Of a stretch of 64,000 nucleotides of DNA, positions 46,121-55,738 are shown one piece after another (position 1 is the stretch's first letter; every line of letters begins with the position of its first letter). Position numbers and translations under genes: made by a program. Source of the stretch: a virus (taxonomy: Duplodnaviria; Caudoviricetes); IMG/VR virus record IMGVR_UViG_3300028887_000102, positions 16,595 to 80,594 of that record. One strand, written 5' to 3'. The notes beneath the pieces were generated by a model, which was not told the origin of the DNA, did no database searches, and saw only the letters and a list, made by a program, of their open reading frames with translations.

Positions 46121-46260
46121 GATGCGATAAATGTAATGCCCCGTTATATTGTGGTAGTTGCAGGGAAGCTCCGGGTGGTTTACCCTTGTTTGTCTGCGAT
46201 ACTTGCTACAATAAGTTAAAAGCCGAACTTGAGAAGAAACCCGAAAAGGAATCTAAATGA
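46117..46260 (+). CDS. Zinc-finger microprotein
   Basis: RCDKCNAPL...FVCDTCYNK; TTG start overlaps the upstream stop. Confidence 0.5.
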   Translation: MRCDKCNAPLYCGSCREAPGGLPLFVCDTCYNKLKAELEKKPEKESK

Positions 46261-46646
46261 TAAAATTACCATTGCCTTGCTTTGAGGCATCCGTTCATAT
46301 AACCATTGATGAACGATGTGGCTGGTTCAATAAAGAAGTGTATCTCAAGGAACACGTGGATGCTACTCTGGATGAACTATTAGCATTGAATGAGTTTTAC
46401 CGAAAGAATATGAGTCGCTTCGGTACATTAGCGGCTAGGCGATTCTTTGCCATCTATACGGCTAATCGTTCCTTGTGGTTCACTAGAATGGAACGAGCCA
46501 AGGCAATGGCAGCCATTGATAATTTTGAATCTTACAAGTGTAAACATCCCTGCGGTGTTTGGAACGGAAAGGATTATGATGATTGGGCGGTGGCTTGGAA
46601 AAATGTTGAAACCTTATGCTTAAAACAAATGGAGAAATGGAAATGA
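46257..46646 (+). CDS. Paralog family, class A
   Basis: YLKEHVDATLDEL; SLWFTRMERAK; WKNVETLCLKQ. Confidence 0.7.
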   Translation: MIKLPLPCFEASVHITIDERCGWFNKEVYLKEHVDATLDELLALNEFYRKNMSRFGTLAARRFFAIYTANRSLWFTRMERAKAMAAIDNFESYKCKHPCGVWNGKDYDDWAVAWKNVETLCLKQMEKWK

Positions 46647-46948
46647 AGCATATTTATGAAAGTTTGAAAGATTATGCCATCCATCACGGAAACGAAACCT
46701 ATTATCCTAAAGATGTAGTTTACGCGGCTATCAATGAACTAATTGCCATCAATCATCGTCAAGGTGGTGTTATTTCTAGTCTCAAGGATTTGTTCTCACG
46801 ATTCACATACAATACAACTCTCCGCAGAATCCAGTATGTGCGGAATCCCCCACATCATAAGATGTTCTCTCCGGATTGTATTCCTTTCTTCAAAAGAGAT
46901 GGCTATAAAATCTTTAAACAACTTGAAGACGATAAGCACGGTAAGTAG
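46643..46948 (+). CDS. Hypothetical protein with the paralog-family N-terminal motif
   Basis: YYPKDVVYAAINEL. Confidence 0.6.
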   Translation: MKHIYESLKDYAIHHGNETYYPKDVVYAAINELIAINHRQGGVISSLKDLFSRFTYNTTLRRIQYVRNPPHHKMFSPDCIPFFKRDGYKIFKQLEDDKHGK

Positions 46949-46949
46949 T

Positions 46950-47189
46950 ATGGATGACGCAGAATTTTGGAAAGAACAATATCATACTTGCCGAAAGATA
47001 ATCGACGAACTTGAATCCGAACGAAAGTATCTAAAGAAAGCGTTGTGGTTATCTAGGGCAGAACGAGCTAGACTAGAGATTCATAGGGCTTACCCCTATG
47101 AATGGTCTATTGAGAGTTGTAAGTGCTGGGAGAAAGCCGTACAACTTTTTACCAAGAAAGCAAGGGATGTTGATAATGGCGAAAGATAG
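46950..47189 (+). CDS. Paralog family, class A
   Basis: KALWLSRAERARL; WEKAVQLFTKKAR. Confidence 0.65.
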   Translation: MDDAEFWKEQYHTCRKIIDELESERKYLKKALWLSRAERARLEIHRAYPYEWSIESCKCWEKAVQLFTKKARDVDNGER

Positions 47190-47448
47190 ACATAGACCCG
47201 GCTACTACAAGGAGTATGCTAAACGAACCGGCAGAAAGGATAGACACCGACCGGGTTATTATCGTGAATATAATTTGAAGCATCCCGAACGAATTGCCCA
47301 CTTTATAGAAATGAAAGAAACCCACGGAAAGCCGTGGAAAGTTAAGCATCCCGATTGGTACGATGAGTATGGCAGACTTATTAAGGATTTCGGAAACGAT
47401 GAAGAATGCCATCCCGATTCTTGCGAGGGCTTGGGTCAATGGTGCTAG
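47176..47448 (+). CDS. Basic protein with a tandem KDRHRPGYY[KR]EY repeat
   Basis: Two copies of the 12-aa repeat at the N-terminus. Confidence 0.6.
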   Translation: MAKDRHRPGYYKEYAKRTGRKDRHRPGYYREYNLKHPERIAHFIEMKETHGKPWKVKHPDWYDEYGRLIKDFGNDEECHPDSCEGLGQWC

Positions 47449-47484
47449 GGGTTGAAAAATAATTAAAAATTTTACGAAAATTAC

Positions 47485-47513
47485 TTGACAACCTTGTGAT
47501 ATTTAGTTATATT
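47485..47513 (+). promoter_or_regulatory. Sigma70-type promoter, copy 7
   Basis: TTGACA-accttgtgatatttagt-TATATT. Confidence 0.85.
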
Positions 47514-47548
47514 CCATTGTGACAACACACAATGGAGTTTTTATTTCT

Positions 47549-48583
47549 ATGTCCAAGAACAAGAAGAATGAGCCGGTTGCCGTGAATCCCATCGTATTCA
47601 ACTGCAATGAACTCACGGAACGCCGTGTAGAAGCAACCATCGGTAATAAAGACCAATTCATCATCAATGGTGTCCATAAGGTTCTCCGTGACGAGAAATC
47701 GCTTTACACGAAACGCAGACTCAAGGTTCTCCCACTTTCCGTGTATGCTTACGAAAAGATTACAAAGGAAAAAGTGGACTTGGATGGTGCTTTGGGTTGC
47801 CCTATCAATTCGTATCTTTGTGATGCCTATATCTATCCTAGCCCGAACTGCAAGATTCGCAAACTCTCTGCAAGGGCTACCCAGTTCTTACTTTCTCTTG
47901 GTGTGCCGTCCGATGAACTGCGTTGCGATTACCGAACCTATCTTTGCGATATGGCATCCAAGAATCCCGAAGAATCCGTAATACCCGGTATCTCTAGTGG
48001 ATTCCACGAAGAACTCTTGGAGTTGCCCATCAATGGGCATACGGAATACATCTATGTGCTTGCTTCTACCGAGATGTGTTATGTCATCCATCGCCGTCAT
48101 CCAAAGCACGGAGAGAATGAATTTTTCAACATTCCTATTCATATTAGCAATCGTAATGGAAAGCCCGTTGGCCCTGCCCAAGAATACAATGCCGATTATA
48201 AGAATAAAGAGACCGGGGCTATCTTCGATGTGGAAGCATTACTTGCTAACTTGTGGATTTCCGAAACTCTGCGGACTTGTGAACCCCTGCCCGAACCAGA
48301 ATGGTCTAAAGTGGAATCGGATAGGCCGGTAATTTTGCACGGCAAGAAGCCGATGAAACATTCCATTGCATATCGCTACATCCATATTACGGATGATAAT
48401 TGGAAGAAGTATGAGAGTGCCTTGACTAGCACTAGAGAGTATAAAAACTTTAATGTTCCTAGTTGGCTCGTTAGAGCTCATTATGCTAGGATGCACGGCA
48501 AAACCGTTCTTATCAAGGCACATTTCGCCTATCGTAGAAAGGGTGCCGTGACCGAAGCATCTACCACGGATTACATTGTATAA
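47549..48583 (+). CDS. Hypothetical protein with a C-terminal WLVRAHYAR..GKTVLIKAH motif
   Basis: 344 aa; first gene after the promoter; GGAG RBS. Confidence 0.75.
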   Translation: MSKNKKNEPVAVNPIVFNCNELTERRVEATIGNKDQFIINGVHKVLRDEKSLYTKRRLKVLPLSVYAYEKITKEKVDLDGALGCPINSYLCDAYIYPSPNCKIRKLSARATQFLLSLGVPSDELRCDYRTYLCDMASKNPEESVIPGISSGFHEELLELPINGHTEYIYVLASTEMCYVIHRRHPKHGENEFFNIPIHISNRNGKPVGPAQEYNADYKNKETGAIFDVEALLANLWISETLRTCEPLPEPEWSKVESDRPVILHGKKPMKHSIAYRYIHITDDNWKKYESALTSTREYKNFNVPSWLVRAHYARMHGKTVLIKAHFAYRRKGAVTEASTTDYIV

Positions 48584-48591
48584 GGAGATAG

Positions 48592-48903
48592 ATGATGCTT
48601 GTATATTATCTTGAAGAAGCCAAGCCTAAAAAGTTTTCTACCGCGGATTCGCCCATCTATTACAATGGTCGAATCTCTTGTGATGCAGAGCCGTGGACTC
48701 ATCATCTGCGGGATGCTTTGTTTTACACGACTGCGGAAGAAGCCACGAAAGATATTCCTATTGCTAACGAATGGTGGCGTCCACACGATTTCCGTGTGAA
48801 GTCCATTGAACTTGAAAAGGTTATCGGTTCTGCGACACAATTCAAATTCAGTTATATCGGAGATTCTTATGAAGAAAGACGAAGCAACCCCCGAATTGGT
48901 TGA
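48592..48903 (+). CDS. Hypothetical protein
   Basis: AAGGAG RBS. Confidence 0.65.
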   Translation: MMLVYYLEEAKPKKFSTADSPIYYNGRISCDAEPWTHHLRDALFYTTAEEATKDIPIANEWWRPHDFRVKSIELEKVIGSATQFKFSYIGDSYEERRSNPRIG

Positions 48904-49411
48904 TGTCATTGCTTACGAAAAGTATAAGGCTTTTTGCAAGGCTAACCCGAATCATATCATTAAGACTCATTATGAGACATATCAATCTGCAAATCTTTCG
49001 GAGTTGCGTGACAAGTTGAATACTTTTAGCGATAGCCATGAAGTAATCCACGTGGACATCAAGCCCCATTCCTTTAGTCAAAAGGGTACGATGCTTTGCG
49101 ATAGAATCAATCCGTATTCCGATACGGCTACCATTTATATTGCTACCGTGGCTTACCTTGCGGATGTCACTCTTGAGCGTACTAATGAAGCTATGGAAAA
49201 ATGGGTTGTAGAAAAGGTCAAGGCTCATTATGGCAATGACTATGATAAGTACCCTAACAACTATTTCAATGACATAGAAACCGGCAGACTACGAAGTACC
49301 CGCGATATAATTGTGGATTTCGTGACTAAACTCCATGACTCTCCGGAGTTTGAAAAGCAACGAAAGTTATTCATTGAAAAGTATAGCATCCCGAAAACTA
49401 AAAAGGAGTAG
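48869..49411 (+). CDS. Hypothetical protein
   Basis: GGAG RBS before ATG 48869. Confidence 0.65.
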   Translation: MKKDEATPELVDVIAYEKYKAFCKANPNHIIKTHYETYQSANLSELRDKLNTFSDSHEVIHVDIKPHSFSQKGTMLCDRINPYSDTATIYIATVAYLADVTLERTNEAMEKWVVEKVKAHYGNDYDKYPNNYFNDIETGRLRSTRDIIVDFVTKLHDSPEFEKQRKLFIEKYSIPKTKKE

Positions 49412-49416
49412 AAAGT

Positions 49417-49605
49417 ATGATTTTATCGTGGTTGTTTGATGCCATCGTGGGACCGGATGGACCAGCCGTCCGTGCTATGCTGGAAGAATGTGATAGGAAA
49501 GAAAAAGAAGAAAAGAAATTTAAACGAAACAAGAATAATCGTTATTGTGGTGTATGCCCAAGGCGTGTCCATTGCAGAGATGACGAAAAATGCAAAATCT
49601 TTTAA
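49417..49605 (+). CDS. Small Cys-containing protein
   Basis: AAGGAG RBS; CGVC...C...C. Confidence 0.55.
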   Translation: MILSWLFDAIVGPDGPAVRAMLEECDRKEKEEKKFKRNKNNRYCGVCPRRVHCRDDEKCKIF

Positions 49606-49615
49606 GGATGACAAT

Positions 49616-49945
49616 ATGGATATAAATGTACATCATATTTCCGAGCAAGATTTTGAAGTGGTCTGCAAAGAGTTTGTATCAAAGCACCCGGAATGCCATT
49701 ATTGCCCTGCCGATTGGGATTGGCACGCATACCCCGATGTAGGCTTTGCTACACTATCAAATGATGCTGGTGTGTATATTACTTGGGGTCATCATAATTA
49801 TAGCTATACACCTATGGGGTCATCTATTACCGAAGATATTATTCGTGTATCGACACCTACTAATGGTATGGGCGATGAAAAAATTATTGATACTAAAGAA
49901 CAATTACTGGAACTCATCAATGCGAGTTTTGGTATTAAGGAGTGA
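49616..49945 (+). CDS. Hypothetical protein
   Basis: AAGGA RBS. Confidence 0.65.
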   Translation: MDINVHHISEQDFEVVCKEFVSKHPECHYCPADWDWHAYPDVGFATLSNDAGVYITWGHHNYSYTPMGSSITEDIIRVSTPTNGMGDEKIIDTKEQLLELINASFGIKE

Positions 49946-50229
49946 TTATGCCACAATCCGAATCGTTTAATGTCACTGGTCTTAACTCTCCGATTCTTTG
50001 GGAGCTTTGTACGGAGACTTGCCCCGAATCTTACAATGCCTATTATGCCGGTAAATTGATAGCGAATATTCGGGAACGGGATAACCACATCACTGTATGC
50101 CCTATCGTTGGCTATAAGACCGATACATCGGTTTATCTTTATGAAGCCGTGGGAAACAACTTGAAGACCCATGCAACCCAAATCAATGCCATCTTGTGCA
50201 AGCACATCAAGGCTAGGAGACATAAATGA
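49942..50229 (+). CDS. Hypothetical protein
   Basis: AAGGAG RBS. Confidence 0.6.
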   Translation: MIMPQSESFNVTGLNSPILWELCTETCPESYNAYYAGKLIANIRERDNHITVCPIVGYKTDTSVYLYEAVGNNLKTHATQINAILCKHIKARRHK

Positions 50230-50486
50230 AAAACAATAAGACGCAGTATCGCATCGTAAAAGAAGAAACCTTGAATCTTCGGGGTGGTCTTAATATCCGA
50301 TATTACCCAGAATACAAGGGATGGTTCGGATGGCATAGGTTCACGGAGTATGATGGCGATGGCTTTAGCAGGGATGCTGTTTTTGAGCAATGGGCAGATG
50401 CCAAGGCATTCATCAACAATCACGCCCGCTTGAATGGTTTCCAGAAATTGTCGGTTGTTGGCGAGTTTTATGGAACAAAGGAGTAG
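50226..50486 (+). CDS. Hypothetical protein
   Basis: ATGA overlap; YYPEYKGWFGWHRF. Confidence 0.65.
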   Translation: MKNNKTQYRIVKEETLNLRGGLNIRYYPEYKGWFGWHRFTEYDGDGFSRDAVFEQWADAKAFINNHARLNGFQKLSVVGEFYGTKE

Positions 50487-50489
50487 CAA

Positions 50490-50867
50490 ATGAAAAGAGA
50501 TACTTTGATTGGGTTGCTTGGTTATTTTGATTTTGGAGACCGTATGTTCTCCAGAAACAAAGCCGTTGTATTTAAGACTGCGGATGGTGCAATGCATCAT
50601 ATCCATAATGCATTGACATACGATAAGAAAAATAATGTGTATGTTCTCGATGAAGAACCATCCGGGGAATCCACGGAACATTGGCTTTATCGCATCCGTA
50701 GTGCCGCAGAAAGGTACGCAGAATCCTTTAAATCCGAAAGTGATGCCAATGGGTCGGGTGCATCCGATGACACGCTCCATGCAGAGTCTAACAAGTTGCT
50801 TGACGAACTTTTGAATGTAGTCAAGTGTGGTAGAATGATTAACCTTGAGGAATCCAATAATGGTTGA
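50490..50867 (+). CDS. Hypothetical protein
   Basis: AAGGAG RBS. Confidence 0.65.
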   Translation: MKRDTLIGLLGYFDFGDRMFSRNKAVVFKTADGAMHHIHNALTYDKKNNVYVLDEEPSGESTEHWLYRIRSAAERYAESFKSESDANGSGASDDTLHAESNKLLDELLNVVKCGRMINLEESNNG

Positions 50868-51264
50868 ATTGAAAGATGAAACATTCGTGAATGAGTTTTG
50901 GGTCACGGAAGTAAAGATTCTGCCGGACACGGCTCTTGTGTGTTTCTTGGGGGAACGCGAGAGTACCCATTATAGCCCGGAAGATGGTAGGATGATTGTT
51001 GATGCTATTAGGCATAATAGTCGGGCTTTGATTGAAGCCTATCGTGAACGCCAGATGTCTTATAAGGCTCTTGATACAAAGAAGATTGATGCCTTGATTG
51101 CAGATGTTCATAAGTTCAAGAAAGAACATCCGGGTAAAGCCTATATGATTGACCCTGCCAAGATGCTTGGAATCCTTAATGATTACAAGCAAGCATCCGT
51201 ATCTATCCAAAAGCGGAGACTTGCCGAGCAATCCCGAATCGCTACTAACTATAAAAATAAATAA
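50860..51264 (+). CDS. Hypothetical protein
   Basis: GAGG RBS. Confidence 0.65.
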   Translation: MVELKDETFVNEFWVTEVKILPDTALVCFLGERESTHYSPEDGRMIVDAIRHNSRALIEAYRERQMSYKALDTKKIDALIADVHKFKKEHPGKAYMIDPAKMLGILNDYKQASVSIQKRRLAEQSRIATNYKNK

Positions 51265-51279
51265 TTTTTATAAAAAGTA

Positions 51280-51308
51280 TTGACAAGATAGTGATATTTA
51301 GTTATATT
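51280..51308 (+). promoter_or_regulatory. Sigma70-type promoter, copy 8
   Basis: TTGACA-agatagtgatatttagt-TATATT. Confidence 0.85.
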
Positions 51309-51345
51309 AAGTGGTATAGAAAACAATTCAACCGAGGTACACCGG

Positions 51346-51801
51346 ATGCTTGCATATTCCACTAAAAACTATTATAACTATTTTTGGTCTTTTTATAAGG
51401 CTTACAAGAAAAGTGATAAGCCCGGTTTCATTCGTGTTTCCGGTGCGGAGAAAACAACTCTTGTTGAGTTTTGGGATTGCCTTAAAAACAAGTGCTTCTT
51501 CTTTACGATGGACTCCCAAGCCGCAAAGAACAAGTTCTTTTCGTTCGTGGTTTCGTTCGTAAAGACACATAGCATCACTGTTTGGACTACGGGTTTGTGT
51601 GTTAATTACAATCCGTGGAAAGATGCGGGTATGTTTCCTACTCACGAATCTGCGGATGCTTATGTTGCAAACGAACAGAAAAACTATATCTTGGCGAATT
51701 ATGAATCCGAACCCCCCACTTATAAGGTGGAAGAAAATAAGGTTGGAACATTCTCCGTTTCCTATAAGTTAAATTTCAAGAAGATAAGTCAAGGGGCATA
51801 G
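51346..51801 (+). CDS. Hypothetical protein
   Basis: GAGG RBS; first gene after the promoter. Confidence 0.7.
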   Translation: MLAYSTKNYYNYFWSFYKAYKKSDKPGFIRVSGAEKTTLVEFWDCLKNKCFFFTMDSQAAKNKFFSFVVSFVKTHSITVWTTGLCVNYNPWKDAGMFPTHESADAYVANEQKNYILANYESEPPTYKVEENKVGTFSVSYKLNFKKISQGA

Positions 51802-51802
51802 T

Positions 51803-52177
51803 ATGAATGAAGAAGAATTTCTCAAGATGGCAGAAACCTATGGCATCCGGGTAGGTAATGTTAAGACCTATCCGGGTTATCCCGAACGTGATTGCAAGGA
51901 ACTTTTTCTTGCCGATATTTATGTTGGTAAGATTTCGTGGCATATTCATTTCGGCTCTCCAGAAAAAGATGGTCTTTATTTTTGTGCCGAGCCGGACCCA
52001 TACAAGATTCGTACGGTAAATGATGAATTGAAGATTTCGGATGCCACCGAAGAAAAGTTTGTTGCCGTTCTTCAACGGCAAGACCTCTTTAGTTCCAAGA
52101 AATTGCTTTCAATGATGGACAAATTCGCCACCTACCTTGATGATGTTATGAATATGAAGCGGAAGTTGGGGGCATAG
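51803..52177 (+). CDS. Hypothetical protein
   Basis: Tightly packed. Confidence 0.65.
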   Translation: MNEEEFLKMAETYGIRVGNVKTYPGYPERDCKELFLADIYVGKISWHIHFGSPEKDGLYFCAEPDPYKIRTVNDELKISDATEEKFVAVLQRQDLFSSKKLLSMMDKFATYLDDVMNMKRKLGA

Positions 52178-52180
52178 TTT

Positions 52181-52435
52181 ATGAATCCATTATACCTACG
52201 AATAACGAAACGGCTCAAACTAGGTAAGGCTACTTATGAGTGGGCCAAGGATTACTTTGGCGTGTGGCATCGTAGTAAAGCCGGCATCCTTGAAGATGCC
52301 ATTGACTCTTATTCCGATTCTATCCCGGCTTGTGTGTTCAACAAGAAACTAGAGTCTTATATCGGTTCGTTCAAGGATATGCGTGACTTGTTATGTTGCG
52401 TGGCAAGCATTGCAGATTCCGAGGGATTCCAGTAA
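52181..52435 (+). CDS. Hypothetical protein
   Basis: Tightly packed. Confidence 0.6.
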   Translation: MNPLYLRITKRLKLGKATYEWAKDYFGVWHRSKAGILEDAIDSYSDSIPACVFNKKLESYIGSFKDMRDLLCCVASIADSEGFQ

Positions 52436-52444
52436 GGAGCGATT

Positions 52445-52711
52445 ATGAAGATTCGACCTGCGGCAAGTATGTTGTCCATTGATGATGCTATGAAGCAAGT
52501 CACGGAAGTACACACTCTTGACGAACTCAAGGCATACATCCGTGACAAGTTTGATGATTATTACGATTTAGATACTTTGAAATCAAAGTTCTATTGCCAC
52601 GATTCCCGAATTGGCTGGACCACATATTTGATTACCGCCGATTTGTCTAATGGTTCGTATAAGCATCAAGCCGTTTTATTCGCAGATACACCGATAAGGG
52701 ATTTAAAATGA
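52445..52711 (+). CDS. Hypothetical protein
   Basis: AAGGAG RBS. Confidence 0.65.
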   Translation: MKIRPAASMLSIDDAMKQVTEVHTLDELKAYIRDKFDDYYDLDTLKSKFYCHDSRIGWTTYLITADLSNGSYKHQAVLFADTPIRDLK

Positions 52712-53367
52712 ATAAGAAACCACCGAAGCCCCAGATGGAACAAATTTCTCCGGAAACTTGGGCTAAACTCCTAGCGATTCAAACTAGGATTGATGAGTAT
52801 AAAGCCAAGATAAAAGAATTGGAGAATGAAGCCGATGACCTTGTGCCGAAGCATACATTCGAGGAATGCAAGGCGATGGAATGTGTACACACCCATCAAA
52901 ATAGGTGGGATTGCCATTGCTATTGTGTCCGCAGAAAAGGATATTCTGGATGCTTCCATGATTACTATTCTCCCAAGAAGAAAGTATTCAAGCCAAAAGT
53001 CACATACCCAGTTCTTGGGTGGAAATCCGTTGCTTGTAAGGGTAGTTTTTGGAAGAATGAATGGCATCCTTATAAGGTAGTCAAGGAAACGGAGAAAACT
53101 TTGGTGCTTGATGATGGTACACAATTATTCAAGAGTACATTGTTTACTATCGAAGATTGTACCTATATTAAATGCCGTTCGGGTTATACTTACTTTTGCG
53201 CGGATGACCCAAGAGTTCTTGATACTTTCAAGATGTTGTTAGATGTCGTGGCTAAAGAACGCTCCGAAAAGTTTAATGCAGAAGTAAGGAAAATGCTCAA
53301 GGAGCCACCCGATTGTACATTGCCGTGGGAGAAATCTGATGAAAAGATATTCAACCCGATTCCCTAA
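52708..53367 (+). CDS. Hypothetical Cys/His-rich protein
   Basis: ATGA overlap; C..H...CHCYC...C cluster. Confidence 0.65.
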   Translation: MNKKPPKPQMEQISPETWAKLLAIQTRIDEYKAKIKELENEADDLVPKHTFEECKAMECVHTHQNRWDCHCYCVRRKGYSGCFHDYYSPKKKVFKPKVTYPVLGWKSVACKGSFWKNEWHPYKVVKETEKTLVLDDGTQLFKSTLFTIEDCTYIKCRSGYTYFCADDPRVLDTFKMLLDVVAKERSEKFNAEVRKMLKEPPDCTLPWEKSDEKIFNPIP

Positions 53368-53514
53368 AGCCTTTATGGATGTCTTGAAAAATATGCCGCC
53401 ACTATCGCCATTAGAGAAAGTGTTGGCTAGTGCTATCGCCAAATCAATGATTTATGGCGAAACGGTTGAAATCGACATTAAGAAAGAAGTTGAAATGATT
53501 ATTAAGGATAATCA

Positions 53515-53778
53515 ATGAAGACCACGAAGAAAAGCAACTATGAACACAAGCTCTATTGCTTCTTGAAAGAACTATACACGGCAGAAGATAGTAAAGCCGT
53601 ATATAGAAAATATGGTTTTACGGAAGATGATTGGCATAAAGCAATTAGACTACACCAGCATACTGGAACACATAATCTGTTTGCCGATGGTATTGGCTAC
53701 AAGAAAAGTGTAAAGATGTTGCGGGATAAGAGCCGTGACAAATCGGAATATAGAGATTTACTAGCAAAAGAATTTTAA
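53515..53778 (+). CDS. Hypothetical protein
   Basis: AAGGA RBS. Confidence 0.6.
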   Translation: MKTTKKSNYEHKLYCFLKELYTAEDSKAVYRKYGFTEDDWHKAIRLHQHTGTHNLFADGIGYKKSVKMLRDKSRDKSEYRDLLAKEF

Positions 53779-53797
53779 CTTATAAGGAGACACTATT

Positions 53798-54154
53798 ATG
53801 GCAACTACGGAGTGCGATAACTTTCTTTACATTACATCGGTAAAGAACAATGCGAACTTACACATCAATCTGGACAATATTAAAGACCATACAATCAATG
53901 CGGATAAGAATGGCAGATTCCTTGAAATCAATTCACTCAATGCCGCATACCCCGATAGGTTCTATGATGAATCTGCAATCTTCTCGATGTATGACAACGA
54001 GACGAACTTGTATGTGTCTTTGTCGTTCAATGAAGTTATGGACATCTTGCTTATGAAGAAAGAATCGCAGTTGGCTTATATCAATGCCAAGGCGAAGACC
54101 GATGTCTTGTATATGGCTGGTAAGGCTATGGAAACCTTGAAAAAGGAGAAATAG
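53798..54154 (+). CDS. Hypothetical protein
   Basis: AAGGAG RBS. Confidence 0.7.
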   Translation: MATTECDNFLYITSVKNNANLHINLDNIKDHTINADKNGRFLEINSLNAAYPDRFYDESAIFSMYDNETNLYVSLSFNEVMDILLMKKESQLAYINAKAKTDVLYMAGKAMETLKKEK

Positions 54155-54159
54155 CCTTT

Positions 54160-54528
54160 ATGTGTATCTATTGCGAAAAGATTAGGGCATTGCCCCCCGA
54201 AGAACAAATGGAGCATCTTATTGATAATCCCACCTTGAGACCCATTGTGAAGTTTAGCGATATTCCCAAGGAAAAGGAACACATCATCGGTATGCCCCTG
54301 CAAATTGTTGTCCGTGGACTTTCGGAATATGCCGATTTCTATTGTCCGCTTTGTGGCGATATGATGACTACCGATTCCGCAGAAGTCCGAAGACTCCGTA
54401 AAGAAAACGAGACGATGAAGATTCGTATGGCTTTTGAAAAGCAATATGCAGAAACTCATCGCCGTGGCAGACCCTTGAAAGGTGCGGAATGGTTAAAGGG
54501 GGAACGGAAGTTATGCACGACCGCCTAG
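54160..54528 (+). CDS. CxxC...YCPLCG zinc-ribbon protein with a C-terminal coiled coil
   Basis: MCIYCEK...DFYCPLCGD; resembles the 39.4-40.1 kb trio. Confidence 0.6.
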   Translation: MCIYCEKIRALPPEEQMEHLIDNPTLRPIVKFSDIPKEKEHIIGMPLQIVVRGLSEYADFYCPLCGDMMTTDSAEVRRLRKENETMKIRMAFEKQYAETHRRGRPLKGAEWLKGERKLCTTA

Positions 54529-54683
54529 AACCCTATCATCGTAAGAACTTGAACGGTCTCTATAAATCCTTGACCGGTAATTCCGTATTGGTTTTGACAC
54601 CCAAGGACAAGCTCTATATCCGTAATGCCCTGCGATGGGCTGGGGATGAGATTAAACATCTAAAAGAAAAGGTACACCAATGA
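54513..54683 (+). CDS. Small hypothetical protein
   Basis: Overlaps neighbours. Confidence 0.5.
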   Translation: MHDRLEPYHRKNLNGLYKSLTGNSVLVLTPKDKLYIRNALRWAGDEIKHLKEKVHQ

Positions 54684-54916
54684 ATTGCCTTGTCCACGGA
54701 GTCAATACCCACATCGTTTACCGCGATGGCAAGCGATGGAATGCTTGTTGTTGGTGGTCACACCTAGATAAGACCGGTCACACGGAATGCCCGAATCCTA
54801 ATTGCCGTAAGGAGATTTTTATTGATACGGATTCTTGCCCACAATGCGGAACGAAACTCATCTTTAGGGCTGGTCATTTCTTTTGGATGTACGGAGACAG
54901 AAACACAATTAAATAA
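54680..54916 (+). CDS. Zinc-ribbon protein
   Basis: ECPNPNCRK...SCPQCGTKL. Confidence 0.6.
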   Translation: MNCLVHGVNTHIVYRDGKRWNACCWWSHLDKTGHTECPNPNCRKEIFIDTDSCPQCGTKLIFRAGHFFWMYGDRNTIK

Positions 54917-54931
54917 TTTTACAAATTTCTC

Positions 54932-54960
54932 TTGACAACCTAGTGATATTTAGTTATATT
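54932..54960 (+). promoter_or_regulatory. Sigma70-type promoter, copy 9
   Basis: TTGACA-acctagtgatatttagt-TATATT. Confidence 0.85.
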
Positions 54961-54994
54961 GTATCAAGGAACAATCAAATAGGAGAAACCGATT

Positions 54995-55384
54995 ATGGAT
55001 TTCAAAATTAGAATCATTACGGGTGTTTGGGAGAAAAGCAATCGCAATGCTAATCTGCCGCTTGAATTTCAAGAAGTCTTGTACCCCACCGACGATTGTA
55101 GCGATAAGGCTTTTTGGGGGGATAAGGTAATCAATTACCTTCAACGAGCCGTAATGTCGTTTGAATTTAAGAATGCCAAGTTGTCCATTCACGGCAAGGC
55201 TATCCCGGCAGAAACTATTCTTCGCAATGAGTTCTTGCCCAGTTGCCATCATAGGTGGGAAACTTTTGTTTCGTTGTTCGCGGGCATTGAATCCGAATTT
55301 TTAAGTGGGCAGCATCATTTTGTTCTTTACATCCCCGATGATAAGGAACACGAAGTCTTCCACATTTATGTTCGTACCTACTAG
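54995..55384 (+). CDS. Hypothetical protein
   Basis: TAGGAG RBS. Confidence 0.7.
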   Translation: MDFKIRIITGVWEKSNRNANLPLEFQEVLYPTDDCSDKAFWGDKVINYLQRAVMSFEFKNAKLSIHGKAIPAETILRNEFLPSCHHRWETFVSLFAGIESEFLSGQHHFVLYIPDDKEHEVFHIYVRTY

Positions 55385-55393
55385 GAGTGTGCT

Positions 55394-55738
55394 ATGTCTT
55401 TTAAACGAACGGTCACACTTACTTGGCATTATTTTTCGGAAGATACACCACGCGAAGAATGGAAAATCTTTGTGAAGCAACGAGACGATGACGATGCATC
55501 AATGTTCCCCGGTTGGGTTCACGATGGTAAGTTGGTATCTCCAGAGTATTCTTTCAATCCGGTAAAGATACAACCCGAATGGTGTTGGTTCTATGCCAGC
55601 GACCTTGATGGGGGCTACCCGAAAAAAACTCCCCAGTTTATAGACTATCCTAGTTTGCTTGTGCCATCATCGGGAAAGTTGCCCGAATGTGATGAAAAGG
55701 TCTGGGATGATTTGAAAAGGATTGCCAATGAAAAATGA
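55394..55738 (+). CDS. Hypothetical protein
   Basis: TAGGAG RBS. Confidence 0.7.
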   Translation: MSFKRTVTLTWHYFSEDTPREEWKIFVKQRDDDDASMFPGWVHDGKLVSPEYSFNPVKIQPEWCWFYASDLDGGYPKKTPQFIDYPSLLVPSSGKLPECDEKVWDDLKRIANEK

